Positions 51,701 through 63,846 of a stretch of DNA of 64,000 nucleotides are shown here, piece by piece (within the stretch, counting starts at the first letter, position 1; every line of letters begins with the position of its first letter). Origin of the DNA: Bilabrum cf. latius (taxonomy: Eukaryota); NCBI GenBank assembly GCA_965178125.1, contig OZ237765.1, positions 682,001 through 746,000 on the forward strand. The letters are read 5' to 3'. A model generated the notes under the pieces. That model had not been told where the DNA came from. It did not search any database and saw nothing but the letters and a program-made list of their open reading frames with translations. A program made the translations under genes and the position numbers.

Positions 51701-54403
51701 CGAGGTGCTAGGGCTCCGACTGGGATTCAGCTGCGGCTACAGCAAGGCCACGGTGATAGCGGCGGGCTGCAGCGACGAGCAGGATCTGATTCTTAGCCAT
51801 CAGATGACGCGGCAAGCAGTGATGATCAACAAGCGAAAAAATAGCACGCCCCATAGTCATCGCATCGCCCTGCTAGCATAGACAAGCACATCGCTCGAGC
51901 CATGGTGAAGCAGGAGGAGGAGGTGATGATGCGAGCCGCAGACCTTGCCTCGCTTAGCACGCACACGAGCGACTTGAGCGCTGAAGATCTGGAGGTCTTG
52001 GAATGGGAGCACATCATCGCAAGGGGAGGGGCAGCTATGCACCCCACCAGCCTACCCTTCCAACCCACGGCAGCTGAGATCGAGGATGAGCTCGAGAAGG
52101 CCGACCGGAGGGCTGCAGGGGCTCGAACGCAGTAGCCTCAGAGCGCGCTTGCAAAGTTCACCAGCCAAATGAGCGCGGCTGAGCTCAATAGGCGGAAGAG
52201 GAGGGAAAAGCTCGTTGCGAATCACGGCAACAGCGCAGTGGCGTGGGTGCATCCCCGCGAGATGACTGAGCGCATCCGCCGCAAGGCCAGAATCAGGCGA
52301 AGGGCGGGAGTTCGGGCCTCGCTCAGGTCACTTGCATTTGAGGAGGCAGCACAGCTCATGGCGCGCGAGAGGGCAAAGCCGAGGGTGTTCTCGTGGAGTA
52401 TTGTCGACGACCCGTGTACGCAAATGCTGTCATGGGCAGCTGCCTCGATTCTAGTGTGCGCCGGTGTCGCTGGATTGCTCGCTGCGAGAGCTGCAAGCAT
52501 ACGGCACACCTACACACATCGGTGGATTAGTATTGATACGCCCGTGCCCGATGCATTAGTGATCTTCGGCGCCGTGGTGACAGACGTCGTCTCTGCTTTT
52601 CGCTCGCTCGCTTCCTCCTTCGGACTGTACGGTGCGGTAGGAATGCCCTGCAGTTGCATGATCGAGCGCAGTGCCTGCCAAAGGATGCAAGGGTAGCGCA
52701 TGGAAAATCCAGGTTCAGCTGCAAAGCAATTGAAGCCTAAACAAGGTCAGTGGCGTGTCGAGATGACAGTGCCGCGCGCACAGCCAGCCCAAGACCTCGT
52801 GGATTTCATGCGGTCCTCGAATGTTCGCATTGGGCCCGCGCCATCCCCTAGAGATTAGGACACGCGAAAGGAAGCTCGTCATTCCGGACAAGCCCGGGAT
52901 ACCCTGCTCAGCGCAGCAGCGGGCACAATCCGAAGCGCTCATTTCGCCCCTGACTGGCTGGCTCGAGTGGCGTGCGCGGGCGCAGTCCTAGACCTCGTGC
53001 CCATAGCATCTATGGCAACCAGCCTACTCCGCGCAGTGCCTGAGCTGGGTTTGCTGCTTGCATGCGTTGCCGCCGCAAAGATAGCCGTTGGAGGCCGCCA
53101 GCCGTGCGGCTCGCTGGGTCTTGCTTGCGTGGAGCTGCAGGGGGCGCAGTGCGGGTTTCGCACACCCCGCGCCCGTGCATCAGCGGTGGCGGCGTGCTGT
53201 GGACCAGGGTGCAGGCGGGGCGCTCTGCTTGGCGCGTGTGCATGTGGGGTGCCTATGGCTGCGCTCGGGGTGGTCACTGCTTTGATGTCAATGGCTGTTC
53301 AGAGCGACACTGTGGCTGGCAGAGATCTCCTTGAGAACTCACACCGAGCTATAGCGTGGTGGATCGCTGGATGGCTGCTGCTCGGGGCCGGATGGGGCGC
53401 TTCATAGGCATGTCGCGCAATCGTCCCATTGCGGCTGGATGCACTTCTTCTGTCTCCTCCGTGGGCCATTCAAGGCCCAAAGGGTGGTCACGCGAACCGA
53501 TTCGATGTTCTTTTCAAGCTCGTGGAGAGGCGGAGGGGTATTTTGACCAGGAAGTGGCCCCTACTGTGCGGGTGCTGCGAGGGGGACCCGGGTGCGATCC
53601 CAGGGATGAGTCCTGTCGATGGCCTGCTGGATGATGTGGCTCGTCTGCTTGGGTGCATGCAAGGGGGCTAGGAGCACTTTGTGCTGCCTGCGCCCGGGCA
53701 GGCGACGGAGATTCGTTGGGTGCTCGTTGCAGGGGTGGTTGGCGCTGAGACTCTGCGGAGACGACTCGGCAAGCAAGGCATGCTTCGATTGATGGAAGAA
53801 GCGACAGCCCCAGACTGGGGCTCGATTCCTGCTGTGGTGGAGGGGGCCTCTTTGGGCGATAATGTCCTGCCGAGCAGCGGTGATAGTGCCAGATAGGCAG
53901 GATACAATAGCCAGGAGAATCACGAAGCAACGGGTCCAAGGGAAGGAAATGGCAGCCAGATCGAGGCAATCGACACGGAAGCGATCAAGCAACAAACAGG
54001 ACCAGGGCAAGCCGGATCCGCAGCTGTCCCCGTTCCTACGGACAGTAGCGGGCACCTTCCTGCGTCTCACTAGGATCAGTCAGCTGCAGGACAATTGAAT
54101 CCCGAGAAACCGCTTGCAGCGAACAGCAAGGGCCGTCCTGGCTAGGCTTTGGGCGCCGTGGGGATAGGCGACGACCGATCTGTGAGGAGCGCCATGTCTT
54201 CGGAAAGAGTCAGGGCAAAGGCAAGGGCTCTCCGTCGCGCCTGGCTCGGGCTGGAAGATGCTGGCATGGACAGCATTCGGTCCAGCCGCCGCACGCAGTT
54301 GCCAGTCGTGCCTCGAGATGGGGGCGACTAGGGGTTGGAGGAGATCGCGGCTGAAATGCACGCGGTCACCAAGATCGGGAGAGTAGGCACTGAATCAGAC
54401 TGA
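48743..54403 (+). CDS. Large (about 1886 aa) multipass membrane protein with N-terminal RING-like zinc finger and a reelin-subrepeat-like domain
   Basis: Eleven track ORFs in one frame, 19 TAGs, TGA at 54401. RING-like CVVC..RHCCN(TAG)HICNKC..CPNC; TM at about 48985-49060; reelin-like CG..AMVFGG..RELRTLPVDV..FWLRYG..C..VSLEASTDGGRAW..FRWI(TAG)..DAWAIDGI. Further TMs at about 50330-50420 and 52420-53410. Confidence 0.75.
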
Positions 54404-54754
54404 CGGTGAATTTCGGCAGATATGCAGCTGCCTGGCGTGTCTGCAGCCTCTCTCCCATCCGTGTTCTCCTCGTCTGCGGAACCTGCTCCGGGATCGGCGC
54501 CGCCGCTTCGAGTCTACTTCGGATCCATCGTCTGTAATCAAATCTCTAAATGACTGCATGGATTCTTATCAACTGAATAGCCTATCATGAATTCGTGAGC
54601 TCTTCTGTGTTTCACTATGATTTAGGCGCTGCAGCTCGCGCAACTACATCTTCAAATTCTCAATGGATTTCGACTTTGCAGTCTATTGCAAATCGTGAAG
54701 CGTGATGACAAAGGGGCAACCAGCGATGTCAGTCTGGCATATCGAGAGACTATC

Positions 54755-57700
54755 ATGCTGGAGAGAATGCTGTCTCGCCGGCGGCGGATGCGTCCAGTGT
54801 ACCTCCGACGGGCTCTATCGTAAGAGTTTAATCCTAGTTAGTATCATCAACACTGTTTAATTACATCGAATTCAAGTCATTATCACGGCAATGTATTGTT
54901 ATTGCAGGTACATATGCGATAGCAAGCGGTAGAAGCTAGGGTTACCACCGTAGGGCACTTCGTGGGAGGGACCTTGCACGTCTCCCCGGCCCGCTTCCCT
55001 GTGGCCAGCCGGCGCGTGGGGCCCGCCAAAGACGCACTCTGCGGTGGCTATTCGTCTCTCTGGAGAGGCTTTAAACTTTGCAGTCGATCGCAACGATGCA
55101 ATTGTGGTTGCAGTGCTGGCTCCACTTAGCAGTGCGGAGCAGCTGGGGCTGCAAGCAGCCGGCCGCACAAGCAGTGCAAGGTCGCAGTCAAAAGCCCAGC
55201 AGAAGCATCGCGACAGAAGCGGCCATGGAATGCGTACGGATAGTAATCTTGGCATTCTCTTGGGCGTGCGCATACTTTCAGCTCAACCAGTATTGCGCGG
55301 CGGCAGATTGAACAAGGCTCTGCTCGCAGGGAGCACTGCCTTAAATCCAACCAGTGCGAATGCCGGTGGGGCCGCGCGGTTTGCACCACCAAGCACATCA
55401 AGTGCGCACACAGCTACATAGATTCCCACGCATTAGAACCAGTCGACTCAATTTTGGAGCGCCGGAGATGAAGCGCCGAGAGGGTACGATGCTCTGGATC
55501 GACTTGCACAGCACGCGGGTGTTATGCAAGGCTCCCTCGTTGGAGAATCTGTGAGTGCATCTGGTGGCAGCATGCCTTCATCAAGCACATCAGGAGTATC
55601 TACCAAAGCTTAGCGGGCAGTATCACCCGCTAGCTTCGATGACAGGGAAACCTCTAGAGACTTGTTCCCAGGGCTGCCGCGAGCACCGCCCTCCTTGAGG
55701 GCATCCCCATCCCTCGGCGATGCTGAAGTCGGACGAATCGGAGTTGCAACAGGGTTGCATGCTCCTGGTGCCATAGGGGCCGGGGCAGCTACACACTCGC
55801 CTGAGGACATCGTGGTTGTCCTGCCGAAGCGGTTCACAAGGCATGGTCGGCTGGTTTTGCTTCCGTTTCTAGCCAGCAACGCCCTCTTGGGTCCCGATCA
55901 ATCGGAGCAGGGGCTGCATACAGCTGAAGCAGCAAGTACAAAGCGAGGGTCGCTCGATTCAACTTCAAAGCGACTGCCTCTAGACAGCGAGTTCTGCAGG
56001 GCACTGGCGACCCGCCTCGAGCCCTTGGATTCGGGGCATTTGCGTAGGTCTGCGGCATCGAGGGGCAGTCATGCAGCGCGATAGATGCATGGCATCGCAT
56101 CCAGGTCTCTCGTGTCCCCTAGGCAGGTCCAGCTTGCTGTGCAGGAGGCCGCCGAATCTGCCAACCGAGCAGGGATGCACCGGAGCAACGGCCACGGGGC
56201 GTCCTCTGGCGCAGGGTCCCGGTCGAGCGGGTCGGCCCAGTGCGCCTCGCTGTCACCCATCGCGGTGAGGGTGAAGCCTCTCGGGGGCACTCTGAAGACA
56301 GGCCCAACGGAGGTGCAGAGCGCCGTGTGCACGGCCCGCGTGTCCACTGGCTCCGAGGGGGCCACAGAAGGGAGTAGTGACGCGGGGAGTGCCTTGGGCC
56401 CGGGGCAGACGCAGCACCGCTTGTTTGCCGACAAGCTGCTGGACGTGTCGGCGGACTGGAACGGTGCATCAAGTGCGTGGTCGGACCAAACAAGTTCGAG
56501 GCTCAAGGTGTGCCTGCAGCACACCTCTATGTAGTGGCCCGTGGCTGCCCCCCAGCCGGACGAGGTGACCGGCAGCATACCACTGGCAGGCAGCTCGCAC
56601 GGCAGTGATGATGAATTGCGGCGCAGCTCTGTTGATGGAACAGCTGCTCGCAGCACAGGCACCGCGGGCAAAGTATCGGGTGCTCCTGTGTCCTCGCTGC
56701 TTCGGATGCCCCGCGTCCAGGACGACCAGGACCCGACGAGGCCACTGCTGGACCCACCGTCCATCGCCCTCGCGGGCGAGTTCTGGCAGCCACCTATGCG
56801 AGACCCCGCATCCATGCAGCTGCTTGGATGGTCCCCCGCCATGCCCAGGCTGCACCTGAGGCACAGAGCCGACAGGCTGGTGCACCCCCTGAGCGGGGCG
56901 GCGGCTCGCGCAAGCGCCACGATGCAGAAACTGGGCGGGCCCATGCCCAGGTCTGCAAGGCTCGTGCGCTGGAGGCAGACCGCCACAGCCCGCATGCGCA
57001 TGCTGCACACGAGCGCGGTCCGGCCCGCCGCTCCCGGCCGCCGCTCCAAGCTCAATCTAGCCATCGAGGCGGCGACCAGGGACACGGCACTGGCCATGGG
57101 CATCCCGCTGGAGGCACTGGAGGAGACCCAGCCCCGCGGGGCGGCTGGGAGGACAGCGGCTGGGTCGTCGGCTGGCGAGTCGGGGAGCGGAAGTGTGACG
57201 AGTGCGATGGACGGGACCTCCCCGCTACCGAGCCCCACCCCCAGCGCATCTCCCGTGCCTGAGGACTCCGTCGACGGCGATGGCGATGGCGATGGCGGGG
57301 ACGGGCCTGGCGGCAGCGATGAAGACGATGGGGACGATGGAGGTGAAGATGAAGAAAGCGCCGAAGTTACGGAGTCGCAGGACGGCGATGATGGAGACGA
57401 TGAAGACGACGATGAGGATGGAGGTGCTGGCGGGACAGGCCCAGGCACAGGCAGTGGAAGTGGGAGTGGCATTGCTCTGTCCGGGCGCGGGCGCAGGGGC
57501 AGTGGACCGCGTGCAGCCAAGCGAGCAAGGACGGCCGCGCGACCGACTTCAAGCCCCCGTGGGCGCGGACGTGGACGAGGACGTGGCCGTGGGAGGGGCA
57601 GGGGGCGTGGCAGGGGAAGGGGGCGCGGGCGCGGCATTGGAGCCGGTGAGGCCGGCAGGGGTGGGCTGTCATCAGTGTCGGGACGAGATGTGTCCTCTGT

Positions 57701-60700
57701 ACCCATGCGGATCAGCCGGCTGCCACGAGGATTCGAGCTCCTAGACTTGGGAGCCGTCAGCGACGACGAGACCGAGTGCGGGCCCGTTAGGATGCGAGAC
57801 TGGCTGCGGCAGCTCGGCAAGAGGGAGAAGCCGAGGGCGGGGGAGCAGGAGTCCGCGGTGCACCTGCGGCTGCCTGGGCGCTCCCGTCTGCTGCCCGGGG
57901 GCCGTGGGCACCAGGAGAAATCGCGGGGTGTGATCGACGGCCGGAAGGTCGGGGCGTGGGGGCAGGACCAGGAGGAGCCGAGCCTTGAGGGAGCGGGCGA
58001 CTCGCCAGACGCTGAGGTGGAGCTGCTGGGCGATGGGGTGCACGGCACTGCTGCACGGGCCACTGAGATGCCGGTGCTTCTGGGGGCGGCGATGCGGAGG
58101 CCCTAGCCGCTGGTGCATCGGCTGGCGGATCCTGGGCTCGTGCTTGAGCAGGAGATGGTGGGAGCTGCCGAGGTGGACCTGCTGGAGGAAGGCGCGGCAG
58201 CGGGGCCCGATATCGATGCAGAGCGCGTAGCGGCGGCGAGTGGTAGGAGCATCGGCAGTGGCAGTAGGAACGGTAGATCGAATCGGATGCGAGGTGGCTC
58301 CAACTCTGACTCCGACTCCGACTCTGATTCTGATCAAGAAGGCAAAATAGGAGGCGATCCGGGACTCGGACTTGGGCTCAGCAGGTCCCGCGGAAGAGCG
58401 TTTGCTTCAAATGGGTACTCCGCAGGGCACTAGAACGGATCCTAGATCGGCCGCAACTCCAGGGTGTAGCCTCGATCGACGGGTCTGGAGCCATCCATCC
58501 ACTAGAGCAAGCGCGGCACCGGCCCTGCCATCATCGGGAAGCTGCGGGTCATGGACCCGGCACTGGACGGCCAGAATCTCCCGCGCCCCGCTGCCGCCAG
58601 GTAGCAGCGGGCCCCCGAGCGGCTGGTCTTCCACTGGCTCGCGCCTCGAGTAGAAGTGCAGAGGGCGCTGCTTGAGGGGTGGGACGAGGTAAGGTGCAGG
58701 GCACTGCACCGCGCCATCCGTAGAGAGAAGCTAGAAGCGATGCCCCCAGACGAGCGACCCAGTTCGGAGGACGAGGCCGATTCGGGCGAAAATTTGAACG
58801 AGGACGAGGACGAGGACGGCGCCATCGTCAGAGGTGCGCACGCTGCCAGTAGGGGCAATGGCAAGGGTAAGGGCAAGGGCGCCGACCCTGGTAGCCACAG
58901 TAGCAGCAGCAGCAAGGGCAGTGGCAAAGAAACTGGGAAATCGCCCGCTCGGGCGCAGTCAGAAGCGGTCGAAAGGCGGGGGCGAGGCCGGCGAGCCGCC
59001 CGCAAGGTCGTTGTAAGCATGACAGACAACTCCAGCAGCGATGATGAGGACGGTGGTAGTGGCAGCGATTCTAGGGGCAGCGTGCAGAGCAAGGTCGCGG
59101 GCGGTTCGCGGGATTCAGGCGATTCCTCTGAGGATGGCAGCGGGTCCGACTCGATGGGCGCTGCTGCAGCTAGCGGGGGCTGGAAGGGACCCAGCAGCAG
59201 CAGCGTTCGAGCACTGCTGGCACTCGGTGAGGTAGAGGAGGCCGACGGGCAGCATGGGATGCGGGCTGATGTGGGTAGTGGGGATTCCACAGACGGAATG
59301 ATTGCTGCCCCGATCAGGAACGCATCGAATGGAAGCACCGTCGATGCACAGCCAGGCGGACTAATCTCCGGACAGGAGGCGTTTCCTTGGCTGTCGCGGC
59401 TGCTGGCTGACCCGTACTGCTGGAGCAGCCGCACGCAGGTCGTTGTCGGGATGGAGTGCCCCGCGTGCGACCAGCCGTGCGGAGACGTCCATGGGCTGCT
59501 CGAGCACATGCACGCGGACCACGTGGAGCGGATACAGGTGGCGCTATGGGGGGTATCCACCCCCTAGCAGCTGGTCAGCGGGGGGGGCAGGGCCCTTGAC
59601 GCCACTGTAGGAGTAGCCTTTGCTAGGGGCGGGGCGGTTGGCATGCCGGTTGCCTTGCGTGGGGTGGCAGGCAGGGAGCAGAGCCCCCTCGTGTATCACT
59701 TTGGCGCCTCCCTGGCTCACTTTGGCATGCCGGTGGGGTGCGATGGGGGCGGGGGAATTTCCCCTGGAGGACCCCCGCGTGGGGTAACTCCCCTGGATCT
59801 GCGCACCGAGGCTGCCGCTGCATCTCTTCGCTACCTTGCCCGTTTGCTGGACCAGCTGACCCACAAGCCGCACTCTGAGTGTGAGACGAGACAGGCTCTC
59901 CTGACAGAGACCATCGGCTGCGTGCGGGACTGCCTTCTCGTGACCCATGCAGGAGAGGGGGAGGGGAGTGACACTGGAGACAAGGGGAGTGCCTCTTCTG
60001 CAAGTAGCAAGACCAGCGGCCTCCAACAGGGGTCGTCGCACAAACGCAAGGCAGATGAGCCTAGTGCAGCGGGTGTGGGTGCAGCAAGCGATGGCCTGTA
60101 GGACGGGATAGGTGACGACCTGGATGACGGTGAAGGCGGATTGGCCGCCATGGCTGCCCTGATTGCCATGGAGCAAAGCATGGAGCGCGACGATGGGAGC
60201 ACAGACGGGGATGCTGGTGTTGGCGGGGCGGGGCAGGACCCGGCATGGCTCGGTGTCGACGAAAGCACAGACTCAGGTGCAGGTTCAGGCACTGAAGCTC
60301 CCGCAGCTCGCCGCGCTGCTTCCGACCCACGGGACTCGACTGCCTGGCACCGTGCCGTCGCTGACGTGGCCAGGTCAGTGCTCGCGAGTCACCATGCCCG
60401 GCTTGACCCCACCAGTCGCGAGCACCCGCACATACCCCAGAGGTGGGAAGCCATCAGCCGCGTGCTGCCCACCGAGCTCAGGCCGATGCCGCCCCCTGGC
60501 CCTCTGCCCCGGCGCACCATTTCGGGACAGGGCAGCCAGGGCCGCTCCCCTGCCGCCATGTACACACAGAGCGGGGTCTTCCTCGGGTCCAGGAAGGTAC
60601 GAGGGGTGCTGGACGTGCTGAACCCCAGCGTGGGGGCGACAGGTGCAGGGGCGGGGGCAGGATCGGATGGTGCTGCCTCAGGATCAGGGGCAGGGGCAGG

Positions 60701-61673
60701 GGCAGGGTCAGGCTCCGCCAAGTCTGCGGTGAAGGTACCCGACACGATCGAGGCGCGGATCACGGCGGCGCGCGCTTCGCCGGCCCTCACGGACCCTAGC
60801 CGCAGTGCAATGCACCTGCAGTCCAGCGGTAGTGCGTCTGCGTCCAACTGCTGCCTCATATGCACTCGTCACAGGGCACCCGGGTCGATCCGGAGGGCTG
60901 CGGTGCGCGCGGCGCAGCGGCTGGTCCGCGCCGCGGCCGGCCTCACTCGTCACACAGTGCTGCCTCAGGGTAGCTTGGTTCCTGCCGGCGGACTTCCTGC
61001 GCAGGACCCGTTCGCCGCGGCTGGAGGCACCAGTGTGACGATTGACCTGTGGTCGCGCGCGGTGCCGCTGGGCTGCATGCACGGGCCTGCTCGGCTCATG
61101 CCCGGCGAGCTGGCCGCCCTGCTGTACCTGTGGGAGAGGCAGGAGGAGGGTGGTGGCTGGATGCCCGTGCAGTACGTACACTCTCGTTCCCTGCAGCCGG
61201 TGAGGGAGGGCGAGCCGGACGTTGACTCGGAGGACGAGGGGGAGGATTCGAGGGTGCTGGGGGGGGTGGGTGGATCGGATGGGTACCTGCTCAAGAGGAG
61301 CGATGCGCTGTTGCGGGGGATGGGGGACTTGGGTGACAAGGACAGGCTGTTCATGCGGCTGTGGAACGTGTGGACGCATGCTGTGACGCCCGAGTTCCAG
61401 TACGAGATGCCTCACGTGTCGATCGGATTCGCGAGGGAGCATGCGGCCGTGATCGTGGGGGAGGGGCTTCGGTCCTCCATGGCCAAGCACATGATGCTGC
61501 TGTGGGAGCGGAGGCTCATCAGCAGAGACGTGGTGATGCGTTGCATGCGGATCGTGGATGGAGTCGGGGAGCTGGCGGGGTCCGTTGCGAGGGCAACTCG
61601 AGGAGAGATCAGACCCGATGAGCTGCCCGTGCCGAGGACTTTTGGGCATGGTTCGGCGCTTGGGCGAGACTGA
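54755..61673 (+). CDS. SUZ12: SUZ12/EMF2-like Polycomb repressive complex 2 subunit, greatly expanded (about 2280 aa)
   Basis: N-terminal RMLSRRRRMRPVYLRRALSYI (spliced across intron 54820-54907) matches the SUZ12/EMF2 motif. C2H2 finger CPACDQPCGDVHGLLEHMHADH at about 59457-59525. C-terminal VEFS box QYVHSRSLQP..DVDSEDE..KDRLFMRLWN..HMMLLWERRLI. 15 TAGs; ends in TGA. The true start may be upstream (ATG 54617 or 54663). Confidence 0.8.
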
Positions 61674-61869
61674 TTGTTCGCACCTGCATAGTTGACATGG
61701 TGTACGAGCTACGCCACCTACCGGTTCAAGAATAGGAGTATTGCACTCGGCGGACAAGAATTTGAAGTGCTCCGAATCATAGCAAGAATTGAAGCCAGAC
61801 CCCAGTACCGTACAAATCATCCACGGCCACTTCCGTCTGCATGACTATGGTGACACAAAAGACAATATA

Positions 61870-63846
61870 ATGCTGGCTACGAAGGCCAGAATGGAGGAAA
61901 TGGTAGGCACAGTGGAAGCTATGCGAAAAGGGCTTCGGCCACCTGCAAAGATGCTGGAAGACGGCGACGACACCAAGCAGTATTACTTGAAGCAGAATGT
62001 TGATATTCTTCGAACGATCCGGCGTGAAGAGGGGCGCCTTTGCAGCATGCAGACATTTCTGGAAGGCGAGCGATCTGCTGCCAAAGATGACTCGAACGCG
62101 ACAAAAGCCGCGGCCGGGACGCATGCTGATACGCTGTCAAAGGTAAGCACCCGTACAGCTACTGTTGCTTCGGATGATAAAAACGATGGCAACGAAGAAA
62201 CAGCGAGGGCGACACTGATGGCCCTTCTGCGGGCATCAGCCGCTGCAAGTGCAGGGGAAGAGCCGGATCCCATGGTGGACTGGCTTGTGTTTATATCATT
62301 TGTCGGTAATGTATTTATATTGATCGCCAAGATCATCGTACTGGCGTTTAGCCTGACGTTGAGCGTGATTGGCAGCTCGCTAGACAGCTTGCTGGATATC
62401 GCAGGTGGCGTGATCATCTATTTTTCCACCCGTGCTGCAAAGAAGACCTCGCTCCACGCGTTTCCAGCTGGGCGGGCTCGCGCCGAGCCGGTCGCGATCG
62501 TGGTGCTCAGCGCGGTGATGGGGATGGCGGGCCTGCTGCTCGCACGAGAGGCAATCGCCTCTCTGGCAGCCGGTGCCCCGGACCGGGGCGAGGACGAGGG
62601 CCCGGACATCCCTTCCCTGGCCGTGCTCGGCATCAATGTCGTGTACAAAGTCACCATGGCCTGGCTCTGCGGGGCCTACAAGGACGTCTCCCCCTCCATG
62701 GGGGCCTTGGCGCAGGACCACTTCAACGACTGTCTCACCAACGGCGCGGCTATCCTAGCCGTCGGACTGGCCAGTGCCTACCCCGATCTGTGGGCGGCAG
62801 ATCCCGCCTTTGCCATCCTGCTGGGCTGCTACATCATCTGGTCCTGGGTGCAGGAGGGCGCGGAGCAGGCCCGTCTGCTCATAGGCAAGGTGGCCAACCC
62901 TGACGTGCTGCAGGAGCTCACCCGAGTGGCCTATTTCCATGACCCGAGGGTCCGCGCCATCGACTCCGTGGTCGCATTCCACGCAGGCACGCGTGTGACC
63001 GTGGAGGTCGACCTGCTGCTGGACCGAGGCATCCCGCTGCACGAGGCGCACGACATCGGGGAGGCCCTTCAGCTGAGGCTAGAGTCATTCGCAGAGGTAG
63101 AGAGGGCGTACGTGCACCTGGACTATGAGGTGGACCACAAACACAGCATGGCGCAGCTCGAGGCGGGGGCGGGGGGCGAGAGACACAGGGAGAAGAAGGG
63201 GGATGAGAAGGAGGACGACTAGGAGGAGGAGGTCGGCGGCAGCGTGGCTCCAAGGAGCGGCGGTTCAGACGGAGGATCTTCGGGTGGTGTGACGAGTGAC
63301 GGCGGGGGCGCTGCGGCTGCTTCGGCCCCACGATCGCGTGATGGTGGTACAGGAGAGTGCGGTAAAGGCCAGTAGGAGTAGAAAGAGGAGGAGGAGGGGG
63401 AGGGGGAGGGGGAGGGGGAGGAGGCAGTGGACGTGGAGGCAGGGGAGGTGAGAGCGAGAGTTGGGGCGGGGGTGGGGGTGGCAGTTGAGGGGAGGAGGGA
63501 GGGGGAGGGCGAGGCTGCGGGTGTGGAAGGCCAGGGGCAGGGGCTGGGGCTGGAATAGGAGGAATCGGAGGGTGGGGACGGGGCGTCCTCCGGTGGCAGC
63601 TCCCCCCGGGCCGTGCGGCGGCAGGGGTCGGGCGACCTGCGCAAGAGGCTGGGTGGGAGGGTGAGGTTGGGCGTGGGCGGGGGCTCGCCGCGGTCCATGG
63701 ACGGGACTAGCGGGACTGCGATGGGCCAGCTGGCCGAGCACGTGGTGAAGTAGCCGCAGTCGGGCAAGGAGCTCATGGGAGCGGGGGAGGTGGCTGCCAT
63801 GGAGGCGGAGCTGGAGAAGGCCTCGAGGACGACTCGGAGGGGGTGA
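61870..63846 (+). CDS. Cation diffusion facilitator, Mn-CDF/MTP8-11 type, with acidic Gly-rich C-terminal tail
   Basis: Motifs KQYYLKQN, LDSLLD (TM2), FPAGRARAEPV, AQDHFND (TM5), HDIGEALQLRLE..VERAYVHLDYE. The tail continues through 5 TAGs to TGA at 63844. Confidence 0.9.

Noticed and set aside
56069-58063. Long antisense and alternate-frame ORFs (664 aa here; also 14344-15360, 46003-47058, 60708-61820)
   Set aside because: Shadow ORFs of GC-rich genes on the opposite strand, with no motifs.
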